Below the pieces are notes generated by a model. It worked only from the letters and a program-made list of their open reading frames with translations. It had not been told where the DNA came from and did no database searches. From Candidatus Oxydemutatoraceae bacterium (GTDB taxonomy: Bacteria; Pseudomonadota; Gammaproteobacteria; Poriferisulfidales; Oxydemutatoraceae): a stretch of 64,000 bases of DNA. The stretch's first letter is position 1. Every line of letters begins with the position of its first letter. A program made the position numbers and the translations under genes. Shown here piece by piece: positions 1-10,345 of this stretch. The stretch is taken from the NCBI GenBank assembly GCA_965220085.1, contig CBDCOZ010000002.1, positions 64,001 through 128,000 on the forward strand, given 5' to 3'.

Positions 1-341
1 ACCGGCAACAGGCGGGCGGCAGCGGCCATGCCGGCCAACGGTTCGCCGTCTAAAAATGCCTCTGTCCCGCCAGCTATGCTTTTTCTGACGAGAATCGTTT
101 TGTGCTTGGATATGTCGGTCAGGCGTACGCTGACGGTCAGGCGGTCGCAACCGTTTTTTATCAGGTCTGCTTTGTAGCGGGTGCGAAAGCTGGTGCCGCG
201 CGACAGGATATCGATCGCTTCAAGCAGCGTCGTTTTGCCCGACCCGTTCGGGCCGCAAAAGAGATTGAGCCCGGGGTCGAGGTCGGCATGGATATTATTG
301 AAACACCGGAGTTTTTCTGCGAAAAGGGCGCGTATCGGCAC
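1..341 (-). CDS. recF: DNA replication/repair protein RecF (5' part, runs off window)
   Basis: Manual translation from GTG at 341: MPIRALFAEKLRCFNNIHADLDPGLNLFCGPNGSGKTTLLEAIDILSRGTSFRT. It contains the RecF Walker A region and lies directly downstream of dnaN. Not in the ORF track. Confidence 0.93.
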   Translation of the reverse strand, partial: MPIRALFAEKLRCFNNIHADLDPGLNLFCGPNGSGKTTLLEAIDILSRGTSFRTRYKADLIKNGCDRLTVSVRLTDISKHKTILVRKSIAGGTEAFLDGEPLAGMAAAARLLP

Positions 342-342
342 A

Positions 343-1503
343 TCACAGGCGCAACGGCATCACGACATAATCGTCGTTCCCGCCACCGTCGCCAATGATT
401 CGGATGGCATCCAGCGCGTCCTGCATTTGCAGAATGACCTTCTCCGTATCCACCGCTTTCATCACCTCGACCAGAAACCGCAGATTGAAGCCGGACATGA
501 GGTCATCCCCCTCAAAGGCCACTTCCTGCTCGACTTCCGCCGTATCGCCGCCGATAGATTCGGTCTGCAAGACGACCTTTTCACCGGAAAAGGAAAGTTT
601 CACGCTGTGGTCGTTGCGCGCCGAATCGGTCACCAGAATGGCAGCCGAGCGCATCAGCGAACTGAGCATATCTTGCCGGTCAATCGTTGCCTTGCGGGTG
701 GATTTCTGCGGGATAACACGCTGATAATCCGGAAACTTGCCGCTCAAGACTTTCGCGATAATAAAGGTATTTTCGTCAAAGATAACCTTGACTTGCCGCT
801 TGCCAATCTGAATGACGACCGGCGCATCGTCGCTGCCCCCCAACCCTTTTTCAATCTCCAGGACAAGTTGCCGCGGCAGGATGGCATCGACTTTCTCCTT
901 GCTTGTCTGCTCCACTTTCATGATGCTACGGGCGAGGCGGTGGCCATCGGTTGCAACCGCCGACAACTGGTCGCCATCGTGCTCCAGTAACAAGCCATTC
1001 AGGTAGTGCCTCGGATCGTGCTCACCCATAGAAAACGACACCTTGGCGAACATGTTCGCGAGGTCATCCTGACGCAGTGTGAGTTCGCATTGGGCCGGTT
1101 CTTCTTCCGCATCGGGAAAGCCCTCAACAGGCAAACTTTGCAACTTGTAGCGGCTTTTGTCACCCGGAAAGGTCACATCCACCTGGCACGCCATCGCCTC
1201 TTGCTCCTCATCCTCTTTTTCGAAGAAGTTAAGCGATATTTCTGGCTTTTCTGCCGAATTTCGCGCTATTTCGTACACTTTTTGGATGGGAAACAGCACT
1301 TCGGCCGGCTCCTCAACCTGAATGTTCGTGCAACGGCAACTCAACACATCGATAAAGGAACCGAAGCTGACGAAGCGACACGCCCCGTCTTCGGGAATGA
1401 TCTTGGCCATGACCTTGTGGGACTCGATGGCCTTGCCGTCGATAATCTTGCGCAAGCGCGAAAGGATGTCGACGAAGTCGGAAGTGGGTAATGTTATTCG
1501 CAT
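343..1503 (-). CDS. dnaN: DNA polymerase III beta sliding clamp
   Basis: Motifs RHYLNGLL, AVATDGHRLA, GKFPDYQRVIP and YVVMPLRL. Start chosen at ATG 1503 (MRITLP) because the ORF-track extension runs through DnaA boxes. Confidence 0.97.
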   Translation of the reverse strand: MRITLPTSDFVDILSRLRKIIDGKAIESHKVMAKIIPEDGACRFVSFGSFIDVLSCRCTNIQVEEPAEVLFPIQKVYEIARNSAEKPEISLNFFEKEDEEQEAMACQVDVTFPGDKSRYKLQSLPVEGFPDAEEEPAQCELTLRQDDLANMFAKVSFSMGEHDPRHYLNGLLLEHDGDQLSAVATDGHRLARSIMKVEQTSKEKVDAILPRQLVLEIEKGLGGSDDAPVVIQIGKRQVKVIFDENTFIIAKVLSGKFPDYQRVIPQKSTRKATIDRQDMLSSLMRSAAILVTDSARNDHSVKLSFSGEKVVLQTESIGGDTAEVEQEVAFEGDDLMSGFNLRFLVEVMKAVDTEKVILQMQDALDAIRIIGDGGGNDDYVVMPLRL

Positions 1504-1668
1504 AGTATTAATATATAGGTTATCAAGCTTATTGTTGTTATAACATGAAAAGTCTGTGGATAAAACCCCTGCGGCTTTTTCCACTGCGTTCTCTCACTCT
1601 CATCCCGTTGTGGATACCAGCTTGGATGAATTGTGAGTTGTGAGTTATGCCCGGTTTGCTCATATGTT
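1504..1668. promoter_or_regulatory. dnaA-dnaN intergenic DnaA-box cluster, candidate oriC part
   Basis: Perfect TGTGGATAA at 1555-1563, near-consensus TGTGGATAC at 1609-1617 and TTTTCCACT at ~1577, next to an AT-rich tract at ~1490-1550. Confidence 0.7.
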
Positions 1669-2991
1669 TTATGCAGTTAGTTCTTGTCGCAGGCGCATAA
1701 AAGCATTGTCAAGTTTCGGATCTTGTTTGCGAGAGATGGCCACCTTTCTGCACGCATAGAGCACCGTCGTATGGTCACGGCCGCCGAACGCTTCGCCGAT
1801 TGTCGGCAAGCTCGCCTGCGTGACATCTTTTGCAAGAGCCATGGCCATCTGCCGCGGGAAGACGATGATCTTCTTGCGGCTCTTTGACAACAAGTCGGCG
1901 ACGCGAAGATTATAAAACTGTGCGATGATCTTCTGCACATCTTCAATCGTGACCGCGCGGCGGTGCGACGCGAAGGCATCTCGCAGCGAGCTTTTAACCA
2001 ACGCCAGCGTTACCGGAGAAGCCAACGCCGTCGCGCTCGCGTACACCCGCCGCACCGCGCCTTCCAACTCGCGGATATTGGAATCAATGTTCTTCGCGAT
2101 GAAGAACGCGATATCCTGATCCATTTCCGAACCCAGGAGGGTGGCTTTGTTTTGCACGATGGCCACGCGCGTTTCAAGGTCCGGCGCTTCTATCGATTGC
2201 GTGAGTCCGCAACCGAACCGTGATCTCAACCGCTCTTGCAAACCGACGAGATCTTTCGGGTAACGATCACACGTCATAACGACTTGCTTTTTGCTTTGCA
2301 TCAGCGTGTTGAAGGTGTGAAAAAACTCTTCCTGACTTTGCTCCTTGCCGCTGAAGAACTGAACATCGTCAATGAGCAACACATCGATAGAGCGATAGAA
2401 CTTCTTGAATTTGTCCATCTTATTTTCCCGCAGCGCGCGCACCATATCGTGCACGAAGCGTTCCGAACTCATGTACAAAACGCGCGCGTTAGGATCCTTG
2501 CGCACGATTTCATTTCCGATCGCGTGCATCAAATGTGTCTTGCCAAGACCGACATCGCTGTAGAGAAAAAACGGATTCGCAACCGTGCCGGGATTGTTTG
2601 AAACTTGTTGCGCGGCAGCCTTTGCAATCTGGTTTGACTTGCCCTCGACAAAGGAATCAAGAGTCTGGTGCTGGTTCAAAAAAGAAGCCAATTTCTGCCG
2701 GTGCGACGCCTCTTCAAGGTGTTGATTATCCAGGCTTTTATCCACCTCTTTAAGCCCCTGAACAGAGACGCTCATACGCAGTTTAACCGACTTGTTTGTG
2801 GACAGTCTCAGCGTTTCTTGAATGGTTGTAAAACAGTTTTCTTTTACCCACGTCGCGATAGCTCCGTTCGGCGCGACGAGGTTCAAACTGTCATCGGCTT
2901 CGTATACTTCGAGCGGATGAACCCACATGTTCATGTCCTCTTCTTTGAGTTGACTTTCAAGTGTCTTCACACACTCTTGCCACAAATTCAT
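1669..2991 (-). CDS. dnaA: Chromosomal replication initiator DnaA
   Basis: Motifs NPFFLYSDVGLGKTHL, LLIDDVQF, SNIRELEGA and FGGRDHTTVLYA. ATG 2991 has an AAGGAGA RBS upstream. Confidence 0.98.
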   Translation of the reverse strand: MNLWQECVKTLESQLKEEDMNMWVHPLEVYEADDSLNLVAPNGAIATWVKENCFTTIQETLRLSTNKSVKLRMSVSVQGLKEVDKSLDNQHLEEASHRQKLASFLNQHQTLDSFVEGKSNQIAKAAAQQVSNNPGTVANPFFLYSDVGLGKTHLMHAIGNEIVRKDPNARVLYMSSERFVHDMVRALRENKMDKFKKFYRSIDVLLIDDVQFFSGKEQSQEEFFHTFNTLMQSKKQVVMTCDRYPKDLVGLQERLRSRFGCGLTQSIEAPDLETRVAIVQNKATLLGSEMDQDIAFFIAKNIDSNIRELEGAVRRVYASATALASPVTLALVKSSLRDAFASHRRAVTIEDVQKIIAQFYNLRVADLLSKSRKKIIVFPRQMAMALAKDVTQASLPTIGEAFGGRDHTTVLYACRKVAISRKQDPKLDNAFMRLRQELTA

Positions 2992-3567
2992 AATAAAAAT
3001 TCTCCTTAAAAGTTTGTTACTTTGTGCTGTTGTCAGGATGACAACACATGCATAGATTAAACGTAAAATGAACTTTGTCCACCCCCCTATAAAAGAGTTT
3101 GATACGCCAAGAGAAAATATTTTTTCTGTGCACAAACTGTGGAAAAAACACGTTTGCATGACCGTTTATCTTGAAAAATATACCGTTCGTCAGAAAAAAT
3201 CTTCTCACCTGATTGATTTAAATTTCATTACTGTATCCGAGAGAATTGCATCCCCCGGTTAAATGTGTTGTTAAATTGAATGTCATCACCGCACCCCAGA
3301 GTTGCGCCACCGTCTGTAAATAATCAGAGCGCCCGCCGGTTAAAAAGTTACCGGCCCCGCAGACTCAGGCAAGCGCGCCTGTGCCGTGATAAAAAACTTG
3401 ATTTTTGCCGAGGCATCTGCTTTAATCATCTGTCCGCTCCCGTTGGAGGGATGCCCAAAGCGTGGGGGCGGGAATGTGAGCGAGGCGCAACAAGGCCATA
3501 TTATAACAGGGACCCGGACTGTGGCATTTGCCAAAAACGGAGCCAGCCATTACAATCAGCGGCACTT
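2992..3567. promoter_or_regulatory. dnaA/rpmH divergent promoter region with DnaA-box-like sites (possible oriC part)
   Basis: AT-rich region with degenerate boxes TTGTCCACC ~3075, TGTGCACAA ~3127 and TGTGGAAAA ~3138. Confidence 0.55.
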
Positions 3568-3702
3568 ATGAAAAGAACATTTCAACCAAGCAACATCAAG
3601 AGGAAGCGCACCCACGGCTTTCGCGCGCGGATGCGCACGAAAGCGGGTCGCGCTGTTCTCAACGCTCGCCGTCGCAAAGGCAGAGCTCGGTTAATCCCCT
3701 GA
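3568..3702 (+). CDS. rpmH: 50S ribosomal protein L34
   Basis: [44 protein letters not shown]. Confidence 0.99.
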   Translation: MKRTFQPSNIKRKRTHGFRARMRTKAGRAVLNARRRKGRARLIP

Positions 3703-3707
3703 TTGTT

Positions 3708-4073
3708 TTGTCGTCAAGACACAGCGAGAAGTTTGGTCGTGAACATCGCCTGCGCAAAGCGACCGAGTACAAAACCATTTTGGACAAGCGGTCAACGAGC
3801 GACAAAACCATCGCCCGCCGATTCGTTTTTTTTGCGCGCGACAACACGCACGACACCGCCCGGCTTGGCATCGCGGTGGGAACGCGAGCGCTGAAAAGAG
3901 CCGTTCACCGCAACCGGATAAAGAGGATGGTGCGCGAAAGTTTCCGCAAAAACAGATACCGCCTGCCGGCGCGCGATTATGTCGTCATCTGCCGAGGCGG
4001 TCAGCCGCCGCGACTTCCCGGTTGTCGCGAAGCGCTGAAGTCATTCTGGGACACACAAGCGGGAGGCGCGTGA
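3708..4073 (+). CDS. rnpA: Ribonuclease P protein component
   Basis: FGREHRLRK...ARLGIAV...RAVHRNRIKRMVRESFR (RNR motif) and canonical synteny. The TTG start is approximate. Confidence 0.93.
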   Translation: MSSRHSEKFGREHRLRKATEYKTILDKRSTSDKTIARRFVFFARDNTHDTARLGIAVGTRALKRAVHRNRIKRMVRESFRKNRYRLPARDYVVICRGGQPPRLPGCREALKSFWDTQAGGA

Positions 4074-5767
4074 TGGGTAATCCGCGCCTGCTTCTGTATC
4101 TGTCGCTTGGGCTTGTCCTGTTCTTGCTTTGGACACGCTGGCAGGAGTGGAACGCTCCGCAACGTGCCGAAGAGCCGCCGCCCGTCTCGCAAGCGACGCA
4201 ACCGCCGGCGCAAGCGGAGGGAGGCGCTGTCGTCGATACGGTGCGCGATGACATGCCGAGCGCGGTCGCCGCGCGCGACGGCGAAGCGAGCGCCGCGCCG
4301 CAGCAATCGCCGCGACAATCGCAAAGCGATACGCTGGTCGTGACCACCGACTTGATGCGCGTGGAGATAGATACGCGCGGCGGAGATGTGACGAGCCTTG
4401 AGTTGTTGCAAGTGCCGATAGATTCCGAGCACAAAGACATTCCCTATCGCTTGCTTGCCGCTCGCGACCCGCGCTACATCATTCAATCGGGATTGTTGCA
4501 CGATCAAACCGGCGATGTGTCGCCGGAGGAGTTGAGCGCGCTGGCGCCGTCGCACCATGCGAACTATGAGATAGACGTATCCGAAGTGACGTTGCGCGAT
4601 GGCGCCGACACCGTGACCGCAACATTGCATTGGCGCAACGACACCGGCATCACGGTCAAAAAAGAATACGCGTTTCATCGCGGTCAATACAGTTTTGACG
4701 TGACCCACACGGTGCGCAACCGTTCGGCGACGACCTGGATCGGGCGGCAGTATCGACAGGTGCGCCGCGCCCCGCCGACCGATGAGTCGGCGCTCATCTA
4801 TACGTTTACCGGCGGCGCGTATTACGACGGCAAATACAACAAGGTCTCGTTTGAAGAGATGGACGAAGCCGCGTTGTCGCAGACGGTTCGCGGCGGCTGG
4901 GTGGCGATGTTGCAACATTACTTCTTCAGCGCGTTGCTGGCGGACACAAAAACCGACAGCGACATCTACACCCGTTCGGTGCAAGGCGACCACAGCCGGG
5001 AGTACATCATCGGCCTGCGTTCGCAAGCCTTGCGCATCGGCCCGGGCGATACGATGCAATTTGGCGGGCGCATTTTTTCCGGGCCAAAGATTCAAAACCA
5101 ACTCAGCGACATCGCGCCCGGGCTGGAGTTGGTAACCGACTACGGCATCTTCTCGGTGATTTCAAAACCGCTGTTCTGGTTGCTCGACAAATTCTTTTTG
5201 CTATCCGGCAACTGGGCGGTTGCGATCATCCTGCTGACGCTTTTGATTAAGCTCGTCTTCTACAAATTATCCGAGACAAGTTACAAATCCATGGCGCGCA
5301 TGCGCAAGTTGCAACCGAGCATCCTCGCCATGCGCGACCGCTACAAAGACGACCGTCAACAGATGCAAAAAGCGATGATGGAGTTTTACCGCAAAGAGAA
5401 GATCAACCCGCTCGGCGGCTGCCTGCCGATTCTGGTGCAGATACCGGTGTTCATCGCCCTGTACTGGGTGTTGCTGGAAAGCGTGGAGTTGCGTCAGGCG
5501 CCGTTTGTGCTGTGGATACAAGACCTCTCGGTGCGCGATCCGTATTTCGTTCTGCCCTTGCTGATGGGCGGCACGATGCTGATTCAGACCAAGTTGAACC
5601 CGACGCCGCCGGATCCGATACAGGCGCGCGTGATGATGTTGTTGCCGATCATATTCACCGCCTTCTTTGCGTTCTTCCCGGCCGGGCTGGTGCTGTACTG
5701 GCTCGTCAACAACGTTCTTTCCATTGCGCAACAGTGGGTCATCAACCGGCGGATCGCACAAGCATAG
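4073..5767 (+). CDS. yidC: Membrane protein insertase YidC
   Basis: Motifs WVAMLQHYF, DYG, SYKSMARMRKLQP, NPLGGCLPILVQIPVF and PAGLVLYWLVNN. TGATG overlap with rnpA. Confidence 0.98.
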   Translation: MGNPRLLLYLSLGLVLFLLWTRWQEWNAPQRAEEPPPVSQATQPPAQAEGGAVVDTVRDDMPSAVAARDGEASAAPQQSPRQSQSDTLVVTTDLMRVEIDTRGGDVTSLELLQVPIDSEHKDIPYRLLAARDPRYIIQSGLLHDQTGDVSPEELSALAPSHHANYEIDVSEVTLRDGADTVTATLHWRNDTGITVKKEYAFHRGQYSFDVTHTVRNRSATTWIGRQYRQVRRAPPTDESALIYTFTGGAYYDGKYNKVSFEEMDEAALSQTVRGGWVAMLQHYFFSALLADTKTDSDIYTRSVQGDHSREYIIGLRSQALRIGPGDTMQFGGRIFSGPKIQNQLSDIAPGLELVTDYGIFSVISKPLFWLLDKFFLLSGNWAVAIILLTLLIKLVFYKLSETSYKSMARMRKLQPSILAMRDRYKDDRQQMQKAMMEFYRKEKINPLGGCLPILVQIPVFIALYWVLLESVELRQAPFVLWIQDLSVRDPYFVLPLLMGGTMLIQTKLNPTPPDPIQARVMMLLPIIFTAFFAFFPAGLVLYWLVNNVLSIAQQWVINRRIAQA

Positions 5768-5781
5768 CGCTTGCGTTGCGG

Positions 5782-7348
5782 GTGTTTTATGATCGCACGG
5801 ACGAAACACGCCACTCGGATTTTGATTGTGCTGTCGGCGCTGACGCCGGCGCTCTCCGCTTGCATGAGCGATTGGCGCAACGCAGCGCTCGCGGGTGTTT
5901 TATGATCGTGCGAATGAAACACGCCGCTCGGGTTTTGATTGTGCTGTCGGCGCTGACGCCGGCGCTCTCCGCTTGCATGAGCGATTGGCGCAACGCAGCG
6001 CTCGCGAGAGTTTTATGATCGTGCGGATGAAACACGCCGCTCGGATTTTGATTGTGCTGTCGGCGCTGCCGCCGGCGCTCTCCGGCTGCATGAACGATTG
6101 GCGCAACACAGCGCTCGCAGGTGTTTTATGATCGTGCGAATGAAACACGCCGCTCGGATTTTGATTGTGCTGTCGGCGCTGCCGCCGGCGCTCTCCGCTT
6201 GCATGAGCGATTGGCGCAACGCAGCGCTCGCGAGAGTTTTATGATTGTGCGGATGAAACACACCGCTCGGATTTTGATTGTGCTATTGGCGCTGACACCG
6301 GCGCTCTCCGGTTGCATGAGCGATTGGCGCAACGCAGCGCTCGCGAGAGTTTTATGATCGTGCGGATGAAACACGCCACTCGGATTTTGATTGTGCTGTC
6401 GGCGCTGACGCCGGCGCTCTCCGCTTGCATGAGCGATTGGCGCAACACAGCGCTCGCGGGTGTTTTATAATCGTGCGAATGAAACACGCCGCTCGGATTT
6501 TGATTGTGCTGTCGGCGCTGATGCCGGCGCTCTCCGCTTGCATGAGCGATTGGCGCAACGCAGCGCTCGCGAGAGTTTTATGATCGTGCGGATGAAACAC
6601 GCCGCTCGGATTTTGATTGTGCTGTCGGCGCTGCCGCCGGCGCTCTCCGGCTGCATGAACGATTGGCGCAACACAGCGCTCGCAGGTGTTTTATGATCGC
6701 GCGAATGAAACACGCCACGCGGATTTTGATTGTGCTGTCGGCGCTGATGCCGGCGCTCTCCGCTTGCATGAGCGATTGGCGCAACGCAGCGCTCGCGAGA
6801 GTTTTATGATTGTGCGGATGAAACACACCGCTCGGATTTTGATTGTGCTATTGGCGCTGACACCGGCGCTCTCCGGTTGCATGAGCGATTGGCGCAACGC
6901 AGCGCTCGCGAGAGTTTTATGATCGTGCGGATGAAACACGCCACGCGGATTTTGATTGTGCTGTCGGCGCTGATGCCGGCGCTCTCCGCTTGCATGAGCG
7001 ATTGGCGCCAATAGCGCTCGCAGGTGTTTTATAATCGTGCGGATGAAACACGCCACTCGGATTTTGATTGTGCTATTGGCGCTGACACCGGCGCTCTCCG
7101 CTTGCATGAGCGATTGGCGCAACGCAGCGCTCGCAGGTGTTTTATGATCGTGCGGATGAAACATGCCGCTCGGATTTTGATTGTGCTGTCGGCGCTGATG
7201 CCGGCGCTCTCCGCTTGCATGAGCGACTGGCGCAACGCAGCGCTCGCGGGTGTTTTATGATCGCACGGACGAAACACGCCACTCGGATTTTGATTGTGCT
7301 GGCGGCGCTGACGCCGGCGCTCTCCGCTTGCATGAGCGATTGGCGCAT
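5782..7348 (+). repeat. Tandem array of 14 x ~113 bp copies of the 5' end (lipoprotein signal) of the DUF3750 gene
   Basis: Unit gttttatgatcgtgcggatgaaacacgcc...gattggcgcaacgcagcgctcgc recurs every 113 bp from ~5784 to ~7252 with mosaic SNPs. The last copy continues into the gene. Confidence 0.97.
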
Positions 7349-7814
7349 GGCATCGCGCGAGTCAATCGGCATCGCACCGCTTGCCGCCGACGAACCGGAG
7401 GCGGTGGTGCAAGTGTATGCGGCGGCGACGTTCGGATGGCGCGGCTGGTTTGCCGATCACACATGGGTCGCGACCAAGTCGGCGCAAGCCGAGCAGTACA
7501 CGGTCTATGAAGTGCTCGGCTGGCGGATCTATCGCGGCGACCCGATCGTGCGGATTGCGCAGGACTTGCCGGATCGCAAATGGTTCGGCTCCGAACCGAG
7601 AATCCTGATCGATCTGCGCGGCGCGGTGGCGGAGGCGGTCGCGGAAAAAGTGGACGAAGCCGCGCGCAGCTATCCGTATCACAACAAGTACCGCATGTGG
7701 CCGGGCCCAAACAGCAACACCTTCACCGCCTGGATCGCACACCAAGTCCCGGAGTTAGGGCTGGACTTGCCGCCGCGCGCCATCGGCAAGTCCTACCCGT
7801 TGGAGGCACACTAA
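7257..7814 (+). CDS. DUF3750-family putative lipoprotein
   Basis: Lipobox LSAC, VQVYAA..FGWRGWFADHTW, WFGSEP and YRMWPGPNSNTF. Confidence 0.8.
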   Translation: MIARTKHATRILIVLAALTPALSACMSDWRMASRESIGIAPLAADEPEAVVQVYAAATFGWRGWFADHTWVATKSAQAEQYTVYEVLGWRIYRGDPIVRIAQDLPDRKWFGSEPRILIDLRGAVAEAVAEKVDEAARSYPYHNKYRMWPGPNSNTFTAWIAHQVPELGLDLPPRAIGKSYPLEAH

Positions 7815-7832
7815 CTTCCGCCGGATAACTCC

Positions 7833-9200
7833 GTGAGCCGCCTGCCAGACAACGCGACGATTGCGGCGGTTGCCACGCCCGCGGGCTACGGCGGTGTCGG
7901 CATCGTGCGCATCAGCGGCGCGCGCGCGCGCACAATCGGTTTGCAACTGACCGCGCGACGCGCGCTGCAAGACCGCCGCGCGACCTTCTGCCGCTTCATC
8001 GCCGCCGACGGCGAGCCGATAGACGAAGGCATCGCCCTGCTGTTTGCGCGACCCCGCAGTTACACCGGCGAAGATGTGTTTGAAGCGCACGCCCACGGCG
8101 GCCCGGTCGTGTTAGAAATGCTGCTCGCCCGCGTCCTTGAATTGGGCGCGCGAATGGCCGAACCCGGCGAGTTCAGCCGGCGCGCGTTTCTCAACGGCAA
8201 GCGCGACCTCGCCCAACTGTCGGCGGTTGCCGACTTGATTAACAGCGCCAGCCAACAGGCCGCGCGCAGCGCCCGCCGTGTCGTGCAAGGCGAGTTCTCC
8301 GCGCAGGTGCGGGTCGTGTGCGAGGAGCTCAAGTCGTTGCGGGCGCTGATCGAGGCGACGCTGGATTTTCCCGACGAGGAAGACGTAACGGAAGACAACA
8401 CCCTGCAACAAACCTTGTGCGCCCGCGTCAAGGCGCTGGCACAGGCGGTGGCCGAGTTAGAACGGCGGGCGACGGGCGGGATGCGCTTGCACGAGGGCCT
8501 GGAGTTGGTCATCGCCGGCCAACCCAATGTCGGCAAGTCCAGTTTGCTCAACTGCCTCGCGCAGCGCGAGACGGCCATCGTCTGCGATGCGCCGGGGACG
8601 ACACGCGATGTCGTGCGGTGCGATATTTTGATCGACGGCATGCCGATGCGCGTTCTGGACACCGCAGGGCTTCGCCCGGGCGCCGATGCGGCGGAGCGCG
8701 AAGGCATTCGCCGGGCGCATCAAGCGATGGAGAGCGCCGATGTGGTGGTCGTCTTGGCGGATGCGACGGCGGGGCTTGGCGCGGCGGGGCGCGAGTTGCT
8801 GGATAAGTTGGCCGCCGCCGGCGCCAATGTGATCACCGCGTTGAATAAGAGCGACCTGCTCAAAGCGCCGCCGCCGGAGTCGGACACATTATATGTGTCT
8901 GCCAAAACCGGCGCCGGCATCGCTGCGCTGTGTGCGGCGATCAAAGAGAAAGCGGGGGTTGTCGATCTCGGCGAGGATACGCTGGTCGTGCAACGGCGGT
9001 ATCTGGATGCGTTGAGTCATGCGCGCAAAAACTTGGCGGCGCTCGCGCACAATCTTACGACAAGCGATGCCGATGTAGCGCTTGACATGCTCGCTCAAGA
9101 CTTGCGCGACACGCATCAAAGTTTGTCCGCGCTGCTCGGCGAGTACGCCACCGAGGACATGCTGGGCGATATCTTCTCGCGGTTTTGCATCGGCAAATAA
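7833..9200 (+). CDS. mnmE: tRNA modification GTPase MnmE (TrmE)
   Basis: Motifs TIAAVATPAG.GGVGIVRISG, GQPNVGKSS, GTTRD, DTAG, NKSD and C-terminal FSRFCIGK. Confidence 0.98.
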   Translation: MSRLPDNATIAAVATPAGYGGVGIVRISGARARTIGLQLTARRALQDRRATFCRFIAADGEPIDEGIALLFARPRSYTGEDVFEAHAHGGPVVLEMLLARVLELGARMAEPGEFSRRAFLNGKRDLAQLSAVADLINSASQQAARSARRVVQGEFSAQVRVVCEELKSLRALIEATLDFPDEEDVTEDNTLQQTLCARVKALAQAVAELERRATGGMRLHEGLELVIAGQPNVGKSSLLNCLAQRETAIVCDAPGTTRDVVRCDILIDGMPMRVLDTAGLRPGADAAEREGIRRAHQAMESADVVVVLADATAGLGAAGRELLDKLAAAGANVITALNKSDLLKAPPPESDTLYVSAKTGAGIAALCAAIKEKAGVVDLGEDTLVVQRRYLDALSHARKNLAALAHNLTTSDADVALDMLAQDLRDTHQSLSALLGEYATEDMLGDIFSRFCIGK

Positions 9201-10345
9201 GTCGTCACGGCGCGGGCCGGCGGATGCGCAGATACGCCGGATGGCGCGGCAAGCCGTTGCGCGTCAAGCCCTGATAGGGGGAGTTGTCAATCTCGGCGAG
9301 GACGCGCTGGTCGTGCAACGGCGGTATCTGGATGCGTTGAGTCATGCGCGCAAAAACTTGGCGGCGCTCGCGCACAATCTTACGACAAGCGATGCCGATG
9401 TAGCGCTTGACATGCTCGCTCAAGACTTGCGCGACACGCATCAAAGTTTGTCCGCGCTGCTCGGCGAGTACGCCACCGAGGACATGTTGGGCGATATCTT
9501 CTCGCGGTTTTGCATCGGCAAATAAGTCGTCACGGCGCGGGCCGGCGGATGCGCAGATACGCCGGATGGCGCGGCAGGCCGTTGCGCGTCAAGCCCTGAT
9601 AGGGGGAGTTGTCAATCTCGGCGAGGACGCGCTGGTCGTGCGGGGGCGGTATTTGGATGCGCTCGGTCATGCGCGCAAAAACTTGGCGGCGCTCGCGCAC
9701 AATCTTACGACAAGCGATGCCGATGTAGCGCTTGACATGCTCGCTCAAGACTTGCGCGACACGCATCAAAGTTTGTCCGCGTTGCTCGGCGAGTACGCCA
9801 CCGAGGACATGTTGGGCGATATCTTCTCGCGGTTTTGCATCGGCAAATAAGTCGTCACGGCGCGGGCCGGCGGATGCGCAGATACGCCTCGCGGTTTTGC
9901 ATCGGCAAGTAAGCCGTCACGGTGCGGGCCGGCGGATGCGCAGATACACTGGATGGCGCGGCAGGCCGTTGCGCGTCAAACCCTGATAGCGGTAAGTAAT
10001 CGTCGCGCCGACCGGCGCTGGTCGTGCGGGGGCGGTATTTGGATGCGCTCGGTCATGCGCGCAAAGACTTGGCAGCGCTCGCGCACAAACTCACGACAAG
10101 CGATGCCGGGTTAGCGCTTGACATGCTCACGCAAGACTTGCGCGACACCCATCAAAGTTTGTCCGCGTTGCTCGGCGAGTACGCCACCGAGGACATGTTG
10201 GGCGATATCTTCTCGCGGTTTTGCATCGGCAAGTAAGCCGTCACGGCGCGGGCCGGCGGATGCGCAGATACACCGGATGGCGCGGCAGGCCGTTGCGCGT
10301 CAAACCCTGATAGCGGTAAGTAATCGTCGCGCCGACCGGCGGCGG
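8954..10345. repeat. Nested tandem duplications of the convergent mnmE 3' end plus ligase 3' end (~325 bp unit)
   Basis: The mnmE tail (...FCIGK*) reappears ending at 9525, 9850, ~9912 (short) and 10236, each followed by the reverse-strand ligase tail (YQGLTRNGLPRHP.YLRIRRPAP). Confidence 0.95.

Noticed and set aside
1504-1584. N-terminal extension of DnaN in the ORF track (similar extensions for DnaA, RpmH, Res, Sel1, AlbA_2)
   Set aside because: Extensions run through regulatory or repeat DNA; downstream starts match family N-termini and RBSs.
4060-4080. yidD between rnpA and yidC
   Set aside because: rnpA and yidC overlap directly; yidD is absent here, which is common.
5782-7348. CRISPR array
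   Set aside because: Units are contiguous 113-bp near-copies with no unique spacers, and no cas genes are present.
9200-10240. SGI1-like genomic island integrated at mnmE
   Set aside because: No integrase or cargo between the repeated tails.
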